Positions 1 to 10,949 of a stretch of 64,000 bases of DNA are shown piece after piece. Positions within the stretch are counted from its first letter, which is position 1; the number at the start of each line of letters is the position of its first letter. The DNA is from Trichoplax adhaerens (Eukaryota; Animalia; Placozoa). A program made the position numbers and the translations under genes. The stretch covers positions 6,615,855-6,679,854 of the forward strand of contig NW_002060946.1 of NCBI RefSeq assembly GCF_000150275.1. Reading direction: 5' to 3'. The notes under the pieces are model-generated. The model searched no databases, was not told the DNA's origin, and saw only the letters and a program-made list of their open reading frames with translations.

Positions 1-3000
1 CATCCATTAATAAATTTAAACTTTAATATCCAATACGAACTTAACGCATAAACTATAACAGAATAAAACTGATATGTGTAAAAGAAATAAGCTCCAATCC
101 ATTGTCATCGGTACAATATGTTAATTAATATCTACCTGTGAATTCGATCTATTTAAAACGAAAATGAGTCCCATGTTATAGCGGTTTCATTATAATAGAC
201 TACAATTAGTCAGTAATAATTTTGAGCATTTTCTGATAGACACTTATCTTTATGCTGGAAAGATCTACATTTCAAAGTGCTATTTTTGCACTAAGATATA
301 TTGAGCATTAGTTTAAACTTAGTTAGTCATGAATTCTTCTCAGTTACAGTAATCTTCTAGTCAATATTACTATATTAAGGAGTGATAATTATACCTATAG
401 GTAATATTATGATATGAGAACCATACTAAAACATAAAAATTACATCCAGATAATTAATATCTAAGAAGGTGCTCAAATATCGTTTAATATTTGCCTAAAT
501 GCAAAAGTATATTTTAAAAATCGTATCCAAACTACGTGGAACAATATCGTACAATGCAAGGTGACCCATAAATCATTCTTATAAATGGTAACGGCATACA
601 AGCTCTCACTTAAATCAGACTTTATGATCAAATTGAATAATTACCTTTACATTTATTTATTTTATTCATTCTTTCCTACAATATTAGTTTTCTATTATTA
701 ACTTTACTCTTGGTGATAGTCTGTAGTCAGAGTAATACAACAATTTGCACATTCAAGATATCTGGCAGCGTAATTCTATCAGATAATATCTATAAGATAG
801 TACTCGTGCAGCTATAGCCTTTGTAAAGAAATTTTAATTTGGAAATCATTACCAGTAGCTATGTTGAGAAATTCTCAATCTATAGCTAAAGCCTAAGGAT
901 TCTTTGGACAAGATTCACCAGCTAGATGCAAAGATGTTACGTAGTAAACCATGGGCACCAGAGTAACGTAAATGCTACTCTAGAGAAAGATCAAATACCG
1001 TAAGTTATATCACTTTTGCGCCCGCAATCCTCTAAATTTCAAATACATTATGACAGCATCTGGGATACATAGCAGTGTTGTAAATTTAATAATCTCGTTA
1101 CAGCATAAAATTGCCACAATTTAAACTCTGTGACAAGGAAAAGTAAAGTAAAAGTCTATAAGTAACTACTGATTTAAATGTTCTTATACTAAACGTTAAA
1201 TACACAGAGTTAAGTACCGTACAGATAAAAGTTCTGTTAGCATAGACACATCTACCACTTTCACAACTTAACTCCACTCAAAATTTCCCGTTTATATAGG
1301 AACCGTCAAATTTTTAAACAACAATATTATTTTTTTATTATACCTTACCATAAAAGACATCTCGAACTGAGATATTTATTACATAGCTTTTCTATCAGTT
1401 AGCCTCTTTAGCCTATTAATCATACCTAATCTAAGTATGTATGTTGTCTAGTTCAACTATCAGTAGATAGAACTTGAATTATCTTACTACTATTTATAAG
1501 CATAATAACAATCAATATAAAATATGTAATAAACTGTCATAAACATTATTCACGTTAAGGCATTACTTATCTTATCTAGCACTACAAGTATGGATATTTT
1601 CCATATTAGCTACAACTGTACTATTAAAATATCTTGACGGTAATGTAATACCATAACAAGAATGTAGGTTCTGCGTAAAGTACATATCAAGTTTAGTACG
1701 AGTACATTACGAATACTGGCACTTAAATAGTAGGATGTTCAATATTAAAAGTTAGTTATTTCTTAGTGCCCTCAGTCGAGCAGTTACAGATGTTAAGTTT
1801 ATTCACCCTTCGAAGATTGCAAGTCCCGAGTCATCAGATAATAATTTAGGATCTACGTGTTCTCCGATGGTCATAGTTTTGATAACGTTCAGTGATATAA
1901 GGTAGTAAATAAAGTAAATTAGTATGAATTAATAGAGCAATTATCTCAGCTAATCTGATAGTCGGAGTACCTCATGAACTATCCCAGCTCCATCATTGTC
2001 AATATACACTGAACGGTAATAGTTAGAATTAATCTAACCATAACCGATCTAAAATTTAGATCGATAACAGTGTAATCAAGAGAGCATTAATGAAATGTTA
2101 ATAGAACGGTAATGATACAACAGAAAGGATGGGATAGAAATTCTTCTGGATATGGTGCTCACCATTTCGATGTAATCCCATCAATTAATTCGAAGGATTT
2201 CATATCGCAAATGTATCTAAAGAAACGATGAAGGAGTTTCTTATTAATAAATAGAAGCTCTTCAGAGCATATAACTCATCGTTTTGATTCAATCTCGTCC
2301 TTTAATTTTGAAATTATTCTACCCTAATAAATGATGTAGGAATTTCTAGAAGATCACAATATCATGTCACTTCCAAAAGAACTTAAATGTCATAATTTAA
2401 TAATGAAAACATTATAACATAACAAGTTTCCATATGGGCGTTAATTATATTATATTGTTATCGTATTTGTTAAGGGTCATGCAAATACCATAGAATAGAA
2501 GACTGGTATTGTTAATAGAATAAAGCTAATATATTAACAACGACTAGTCTTAAAATTACTGTAGTAAGTAAATATAATTGTCATATCTATTCATTGATGC
2601 TGGTCTGCATTCCATTCCACCTATTTTATGCTAGATATAACATGATTAATAATTATTATGATACACTAATGCAATTCGCCATATATCATATAGATAAAAG
2701 TACGCTAACAAAGTCTACGTACTGTATTATATCCGGATTTGCTAACAATAGCAAATAGATAACAGAGCAACAAGTTCTTTATTCCTGTATATAACATTAA
2801 TTAGCCCAGAGATTCAAATGAAGATAAAATCAGTAAATTTATTAAACAGAAGAATGAGACGACAACTTAATAGTGTATATCTATTAGATCCGCTACAATC
2901 TCACAACACAATTCGTGCAATCTACGTAAATACTACATCATTCTTGCCTAACATCTACAGATATGCATTCAGAATGATGTTCTTAACAAAATTGAATCTA

Positions 3001-3289
3001 CGATGCTGTCTATTGTCGTTTTTTAACTTTAATCATATAGTTTTATTCATAACAATCATTTAAAACCAATCTGTTTAATACTCCACAAGGGAATATCAGC
3101 ATATTCATTATTTATCAAAATTATCCTAGACTCTTGGTTCTTTAAACAATCTACGGTTAGCAACTAAATAATTACTATTGATATCTTATTAATTCGAGGC
3201 CGTTTCAATTATTATAAACACCAAAGAGACCAAAGGATTCTGATTTAATGGATTAAATTTCTATTCAACGCTATTCTGTCGATGCTTTC

Positions 3290-3349
3290 AACTCAAGACC
3301 CGCCTCTTTTAAAAATGATTGTCTTCTCTAGTGCATACGAGTATATAAA
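3290..3349 (+). promoter_or_regulatory. Core promoter of copy A (AACTCAAGACCC motif + TATA box)
   Basis: AACTCAAGACCC 3290-3301 and TATATAAA 3342-3349; the same motif and spacing recur upstream of copy B. Confidence 0.6.
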
Positions 3350-3562
3350 ACGTTCAAAAAGATCTTGAATCTCATTGCATTTGCACGCTGTATGGACACA
3401 CATTGCAAGTGTACCTGAAACGGTGAGAAATGACTATTTCGGATTAATATCCTATTTTTCCCTTTCCATACTATATCTGATTAATGAATATGGATCAAAT
3501 TTATCCAATTTTAACCTATTAACTTGTTTTAATTTAATTTTTAGAAACTGACAAGTGACGAC

Positions 3563-4459
3563 ATGAAGTTCACATTGATCTTACTCGCCTCATTCTTTCT
3601 TTTGGCGGTCTCTGTTCGTGCCGAAGAAGAACCTACAACTCTTGAAGAAATTGATGATGAAGTCAAAGATGAAGTTCCAACCGAAGAAGATGTCGATAAA
3701 GAAATCGCTAGCTTAGAGAAGGATGAATTTCCCCTACGTGAACTCGAAGACGATGATGAAATGTCTGAAGAAGACAAAGCTAGCGTAAGTTATTGAAACG
3801 CTATCCATACCATCTTTGACACTATACGATAACTTTAACTACATTTATGCTGTTTATCAAAGTATTGCCGATAGTCCTAACGCTGACTATGAATAATGTA
3901 AACTCAATCTTTAGCAATCATACAATACAGTATATTGCAACTAGGAATGCACCGTACGGTACCTTATACTTGATACCATTACTGTCAGTCCTGACTCTGA
4001 TCATAAATAGTTCATTCTCAGTCTTTAGCCATCATTAATTACTTGCTGTGATAAATCCCACCAAGTTAAGGATTTTAATTTCCAGTTTTTTCCATTTTAC
4101 GCTATACTCGTATAACACCTTCATATGATATTTTTAATGTCAATCCTTACTCTGATCATAAATAATATATTGTCAGTCTTTAGCCACATAAATTACTTGC
4201 AACTAGATATCCCTAAGTTTAGGATCTCCTTTTCTAATTTTCACCATTTTAATAGTGGGGAGGAAGTAGTCGTCGTCGTCGTCGTCGTTGGGCAGGCCGC
4301 CGTCGTCGTCGCTGGTCAAGACGCCGTCGTCGCCTTTCTATTATCCGTCGTAGTACGTTACGACAACTTCGTCGTCGATACGTCGTCCGCACCTCCATCG
4401 GTAGTGGAGTAGCTAGACGCCGTCGTCGCCGCTGGTGGGGAAAGAAAAACCAACATTAG
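3563..4459 (+). CDS. Secreted prepropeptide copy A (141 aa): signal peptide + acidic pro-region + Arg/Trp-rich cationic peptide; putative antimicrobial peptide precursor
   Basis: Coding exons 3563-3784 (MKFTLILLASFFLLAVSVRA-EEEPTT...EEDKAS; donor GTAAGT at 3785) and 4256-4459 (acceptor ttttaatag), phase 0. The last exon reads WGGSSRRRRRRWAGRRRRRWSRRRRRLSIIRRSTLRQLRRRYVVRTSIGSGVARRRRRRWWGKKNQH* (29 Arg in 67 aa). 5'UTR intron 3423-3544, TATA 3342-3349, AATAAA 4662-4667. Confidence 0.88.
3870..4255 (+). repeat. Degenerate triplication inside the coding intron of copy A
   Basis: Related blocks (tcct.actctgatcataaata...tcagtctttagcca) start near 3870, 3984 and 4139. This explains why the intron is 471 nt versus 157-158 nt in copies B and C. 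Confidence 0.7.
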
Positions 4460-5894
4460 GAACCTCTTTCTAAAGCTCAAAGAATAAGACAATTTGTCAG
4501 CGTGAATAGCTTTATGGTAGACACGATAGCAATTAGTCGATAAAGATAAAAGATGATACTATAAGCAATTAGACTGTATTTAGGATAGATAATTAATTTG
4601 TATTTACGATTCGAGCAAAGTAGGTGCTATTCTTTGTGCACAGAATTCTTCGAAGCTCAATAATAAAACTGTAACTGGCAATATTCACCTATTAGTAGCA
4701 ACTTTATTGCGCTCAACATCTTAAGAGATGAAATAAGCTAAAAGCGTTTGTCTTGAAATTATCTTTCAATTAAATGCTACATGACTTTGTTTAGTAGTGT
4801 AGGAGCGTTTGCATAAATATTCATCTGGCGGCAACGTCCTTCGAGTATACCTAACAGCTATGCCGATAAATTGGACTAAAAATATCCGTCATGAGACCAC
4901 TTTCAGCTTAGCATGATTCTACTCTTTAGTGCTATAAAATTTATATAACAGCAGCTACTCGATGCTCCTTGCAATCATAATTATATAATAGTAAATTGTG
5001 TGATAAACAGACTAGTTTACACTGGATATCATCTACTAATGTACATAGTGAGCATTGTTACTGCAAGTTACTATCCATCATAAACGTATATGGCCATTAT
5101 CATTCGAATGAAAGCACAGCATCAATGACAGTAGGCTCTAAATAAAAGCCACAATAAACTAATCGTCAAATAGAATATCATTATCCACAAAGTATATGTT
5201 AATCAACAGCTAGATAATCATCTCATGGTTGCAAAACTTGAAATGCAAGAAGGTTTACTAATTTAGGAGTCAAAAACTGGTATTTAGTCCTAAAGACTAT
5301 GCCCTTGCAATGAACAAGTTGATAATAACCTCTTCGTAAAATAATACTATATTAGTGATAGCAGTAACTTAAGAAAAAATTTATTTACATTTCTGATATC
5401 AAAATAGTTCGGCATAAAACGTCTCGATGTATACTAAATGTTAGGATGATTCTGAAGGTCGATATTAGAAAATTGATAGACTTTACGACCTAAACGGTAG
5501 TATGCTTGGGGATATAATCCATCATTTCATAACATGGCTTTAATGCTATGTTACAACAGGAGATTCGAAAGTAACTATGGTAACGAACAAATTTCCATTA
5601 TGAAATGCACCGATAGCTCCATTGTTAAGATTAACTTTAAATTTAATCGAATGAAAAAATTTACAGCTTACGCCATATATCAGGGTAGAAAGTCTTCAGA
5701 ATATACTGTACAATGTAATAGAAAATGTAGTCCTTAAAAACCTTAATTTGATTTTTTTCTACCTTTTCGAAGATCGATCTAAATTGTTATCCTATATTTT
5801 AAGTAGAGCTTACCTATTTTTACACATGTGTGAATGTATATGATAATTATTAGTGATCATTGAGCTTACATCTAATCATAAAACTTCTTCCTTT

Positions 5895-6245
5895 ACTAGA
5901 TTTTATTTCCTAGCGGTTAAGGATTTGTCGTGTTTTTGAGCTTTCGAATTCAGGCAAACCTTGCCACTTACAAATCTTTTTTTATACAAGATTTTATTGT
6001 TTGCAGTTTAAGTACGGTACTTGTCACCCTTTGAACCCTTCGAATCAAGTCTAACCTTACCACTCAGAGAGCTTCTTTCTAGACAAGATTTTATTGTTAG
6101 CGATTAAGGATTTATCATTCTTTTGAACTACAAATTATGTCAAACTCTACCACTTACAAACCTTCTTTCTACGTAATACTCTTACTGTTTGAGGTTAAGA
6201 ATCTGTCATTTTTTTTTAACTTTCGAATTAAGTCAAACCTTTCCC
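5895..6245 (+). repeat. Degenerate ~95-bp tandem repeat, about 4 copies
   Basis: Recurring agattttattgtt...ttaagga.ttgtc...ttcgaatt...caaacctt.ccact blocks. Confidence 0.6.
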
Positions 6246-8447
6246 CGACCTAGCGTTTTATTATTGCTGATTAAGTTTATTACGGTTTAATATGAGTTTC
6301 AAAGTACTTAGATGGGTAGTATAATTTTATTTTAGTAAACCTGACTGTTTTGTATCATTACGTTGTAATTTTTAGTGCTGTGCAACATGTCACCGATATC
6401 CTTTACTAGTGTCCTCTACAGAGAGCAGTAACCGTTAAGATTTACTATTCAGTCATTATATTTTAATTAGTGTACTACGACATATTTAGCTGATTCCAGC
6501 GATTACAAATCATTTATTAATAAATTCCAATTACTTATAATTCATAGATTAGAGTATATGGCATTGGAACATAATACGACGAAATGGCAATATCTTGTAG
6601 GTTGTATAATCGCTGAAAATATTTTTCTGATGCTACTGTCTATTCAATTCGAATATTGCTCATGAAATCAAGAGTGACAGCCAGGCAGTTTTATTCGATA
6701 ATAGCAACGGCATGTCAATTCGATAGTAGCATATAATTCCACAAATCAAATTGTAAGTTCAGAGAAATTCATGCTCTGTAACATTTAAAGTTTTTCTATT
6801 CGCGAATGTTACTCTGCAACGTAACAATCCAAAATAGACGCGGGTCTTGGCAATAATCTAACTATTGCTACATAAAAATGCGTACGTAAACGACCCGCAA
6901 CGAAAATTCCCTTTTATTTTACAATCCAACCGCATTGATACTCATCGAACTGACAACCTATAGTATTGGTATTGCCGTTTGTAATGACACGCCATATGAC
7001 TATCTCATTAAAACACAGAACTTATATATACGAACGTAACAGTGAATAAAGCTTGAAACAAATTGACTAGATTAATTCAACTATTGAGTAAATACTAACT
7101 TATTACAGGTTTATAATATCACTACACCCATATTAAAACAAAGTTTCAAAATTATAATGCCTATGTTATCCTATGCGATAGGCTTATGGTTGACTTAATT
7201 AGCAGCTGTAATTTGTAAATGTTGAACAGCTCAAATATAATCATACGATTATTGCACCACACATTTTTTGGCTGAAGATAAAATCTTTAACCAAATAAAA
7301 ATTTGAACTGATGATTCAATGAAAGTAAATAAGATTAAACATACAGTAACATTCAAGAGGGATAATAAGAGAATATTATAAAGTTAGCGAGAACATTTGA
7401 TATTGCTATTTCTGTTGCAAGAAGCTCGAGAATTCACATGACATTAGCCAGTCGTCATTTCAGTGAAAGGATATCCTTATGTAGTTATTTTATTTTATTG
7501 CTTTAAGTACTGTGCCGAGAGATTGATAGTAATATGAAACAAGCTAGCTGACACTGTGACGAAAAATAGGCCGTTATACTGAATAAAATTTAGGATAACG
7601 AATTATAATAAGCCATAAAGAACTATAGTATTATGTGATAGCTTACATTCGATGGAGCAATTTTTAGATAATTTTATAAGAATTATTCGAAAATACAAGG
7701 TTTTAATATAATGATTGGTATTTATTATGGGTTTGATTCACAGTTTTTACCATTCAGACGCATCGAATGAAAGAGATCGCATTATACATACAGTACATGG
7801 TAAGGTTTTACACCTCTTTGCTAATTGCATAATTTTTAGCTTAAATCAATATTGGTTGGTGGAGGTTGAAAGTAAAAGCATAAACCCGCTCACAGCCCAT
7901 ATCCACGTCGGTGGTCTCATGAGATTACCTTACATTATAAACTAGCATGACTAAAGTTAACATAACAACAAGTTCTTTATTCTTTTACGTTTATAATTCC
8001 TGAGAAATTGTATAATTATCGAAAAGTAAGTAAATATATGTATTATGTTTATCCTTTTATTCCATTACGCTGAATACCAGACTGCACATCGAAAGTAAGC
8101 TACTTTCTACGTCAATCTACTATTCCTATACCTATATAAATACAAATAGATTAAATGCGAGTAAAAGTGATAATACTAGTACATGAATTGTATATATCAG
8201 GAGAAGACTTTCAAGCTGACTATTTTAAATTGACGTACGGGATATTAACATTTTAAAATTTATCAACACACTCTATCGATCATTTATTAAATTAATATTT
8301 CATTCATGGCTAAGCACCAGATAACATGATAATTAATAACAGCAATTCTATTCTTTACCATATCAACGATCCTACAATAACCTATTGTATCAAGTTATTG
8401 CTGTACAACTAATTGAAATCAATTCAAGTTTCCCAGTTAATGTACTT

Positions 8448-8501
8448 AACTCAAGACCCTCCTTCTTCAGCATTTATTATCTGCGCGAGTGCATATATAT
8501 A
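8448..8501 (+). promoter_or_regulatory. Core promoter of copy B (AACTCAAGACCC motif + TATA box)
   Basis: AACTCAAGACCC 8448-8459 and TATATATA 8494-8501, about 70 nt upstream of the first splice donor. Confidence 0.6.
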
Positions 8502-8699
8502 GCCATAACGTTCCTGCATTACCATAGAACTCATTAAACGTGCTAGGTGTTTAAAGAAGCCATCTTGATACGGTACGGAAAATCATTGCAGTTAAAAATC
8601 GGATTTTTTGTTATCATAACTTAATCAGCCAGCACCCAAACATATTACAACAATTTTAACAAATTAATCCGTATTCGTTTAGTAATTAGAACTAACAAC

Positions 8700-9228
8700 A
8701 TGAAGTTCACGTTGATCTTACTTGCATCACTTCTCTTCTTGGCCATCGCTGGACATGCCGAGAAAGAAGAACCTACAATTATTGAAGAATTGAAAGATGA
8801 AGCTCCAGTAGAAGATGAGGAGGGCGAAGTAGCCGAAAAAGAAGATGAGATCGAATCTCTCGAGAACGAATTTCAAGTAAAAGAAGAGGACGAACAGCCT
8901 GAAGAAGCTAAAGCGGCTAATGTAAGTTATTGATAAATTCTTCATTTTGTCTTTAATCTTGTATCTTATAAAGACTATTCTGTTAACATCAAACGATAAA
9001 TAATGCTAGTGATAAACTTTACTAAAATTAATTTAAGATTTCTTTCAATTTTTTACTTCAAATTCATCATTTTAACAGTCGAGACGCCGTCATCCCTGGC
9101 AAGATAACCGCTACTGGTTCGATTATCGCTCCCAGAACAGTTGGACCAGACGCCGTCGCCGCTTTCGCTATAACAGGCGTCGTTTCTCTGGAAAAAAAGC
9201 TAAAATTTTAAATAGCTTCTTCAAATAA
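8700..9228 (+). CDS. Secreted prepropeptide copy B (123 aa), paralog of copy A; putative antimicrobial peptide precursor
   Basis: Coding exons 8700-8921 (74 aa, signal + acidic pro-region; donor GTAAGT at 8922) and 9079-9228 (acceptor ttttaacag), phase 0. The last exon reads SRRRHPWQDNRYWFDYRSQNSWTRRRRRFRYNRRRFSGKKAKILNSFFK*. 5'UTR intron donor at 8573, TATA 8494-8501, AATAAA 9390-9395. Confidence 0.87.
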
Positions 9229-10949
9229 AAGGATAAAACAACTTGTAGACTTTAATGGCTGAAGATAGACACAGTAGTGATTCATAGAAATTATAATATA
9301 AGTTTAGCAGCATGGAGAATAGCAGATCTTTTAAATCTTGAAGTAAATTGTTAGTATTCTTGATTATCTACTATTTTCACAATATAAGCAATAAAACTGA
9401 AATTTAAAACATCTGCTTGCATAAAAAATCAATGTAATCTATTTTTATTGCAAGTGATTGACTAAATAGTAATCATCAGACGGCCGTGCACTATAGAATT
9501 CTTTCATGAAATTAATATAAAATAGTTCGCATGTAAAACGGTTAGATATGCTTTACTCTTCAAAATCATAATCTATAAAAATATAAAATGCAATTAATCT
9601 ACTTTATGAATAGAACTGATTACCTTTAAATTCGATTTTAACGCCAATAGAGCAATTCCCTTATGTGATACAACAATAAATAATACCGAAAATAGTTTTA
9701 AAGCATAACGTACAGTAGGTACATTGACACGTCCGTCCGCTAAAGATCTTAACTTTATCTTTACTCATGAAATTGTCCAAAACAACTGCGAAATGAGATA
9801 ACGATACTTACCCATGTCAATTTTAGAGTTAGAGTGTGATACTGAACTAATTTTGCTACTCAAGTATTGTAGTAGTTCCAGCTAATTACAGTAGTAATTG
9901 AAGTGCGATAGCATCAAGAAGTAGAATAGTCTACTTTACTTATAAGGTAATTTCACGATTACTGATGATGAAACGGTGTACTTATACTATTCCAACTATG
10001 TGTGTATGAGGCTGCAGTAGTCGGCATATAAGGTGATGTTTTTGTGTAATTTCTTAATATATCTGTTAGATAATGTGAATTGTTATCGTGGAGACGAAGT
10101 CGATTATTCGGTTTATCTTCGCCACTTTCGATTGTTATTATGAGAGAGGAAAGTAGATTCTTCTCTGTCCATTAATAAACGGATACTTTTATGATTAAAT
10201 ACGGTGTTTGCCTGATCTTGTGTCACGTTAGAGATTTGCTCAATTTTAATAATTCAGATTTTGAGTTGGACGATTGCGAACCCAAAGGGTTGTAAAACCC
10301 AAGCACTACAAGTACCGTCTTTATAAGTGGGAAACGATAGCAGTAAAGTTTTACATAAGGTCAATAACGTATTTATACATTTAAAAAGTGAAAGTAAGCG
10401 ATCACAAATTAAATATTATTACTGCGTAATAATTTACGTGTTGAGCAACTACTATGGTATTTTGTAACCATATTTTCATCATACAACAGAGATACATTGC
10501 AGATTATCATAATGTAAACCATGGCTATTCTGAAAGGTTGCAAGCTTCATGAAAAGAAACATCTGCATGCAATATCGAAAAAAGTTGTTACAGTTCGGTA
10601 TATCGTGATGAGATAGAGCTACGGTTACCTCACGAGGTACTCCAACTATCAGATAGCTGATATGCTCGACCTACCGACTCACAACAACTTGGTAGTCTTC
10701 GGTCCAGTTACAGTAAGTAATACTCTCATTCTCTATTAACTAAACTGCCCATAACCGCGAGCTAAAAGTAATTCAATGCACATGAATCCTAGGTTATTGC
10801 ATGGCGATGCAGGACTTATAATAATCTCCGAGAAGAAATTTAACTTACTAATCGTACATGCTCGACTACGAACTCTGAGGAAACAGCTGACTCCCGAATG
10901 TTTGACTACTATACTATTTAAATAAAAGTATTAACACGTAGTAGATTAA

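Larger units (their letters stand above)
5735..9630 (+). repeat. Tandem segmental duplication unit 1 (upstream region + copy B)
   Basis: Colinear similarity to 11110-13790, e.g. 7325-8420 vs 11595-12845, introns and 3'UTRs. Boundaries are approximate. Confidence 0.8.

Noticed and set aside
880-2400. Exon-like patches (e.g. RIYVFSDGHSFDNV near 1850, vaguely vWA-like)
   Set aside because: In-frame stops and no coherent splice model; may be a decayed gene but cannot be supported.
3785-3796. 77-aa ORFs ending ...VSY* (also at 8922-8933) as complete acidic proteins
   Set aside because: VSY* is the translated splice donor GTAAGTTATTGA; the genes continue in the next exon.
4125-4412. Val-rich 95-aa ORF
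   Set aside because: It is an alternative frame of the (CGT)n Arg exon and starts inside the intron.
4256-4459. Protamine-like gene
   Set aside because: The Arg-rich exon has no ATG and splices in frame to a signal peptide; paralogs are aromatic- or Cys-rich.
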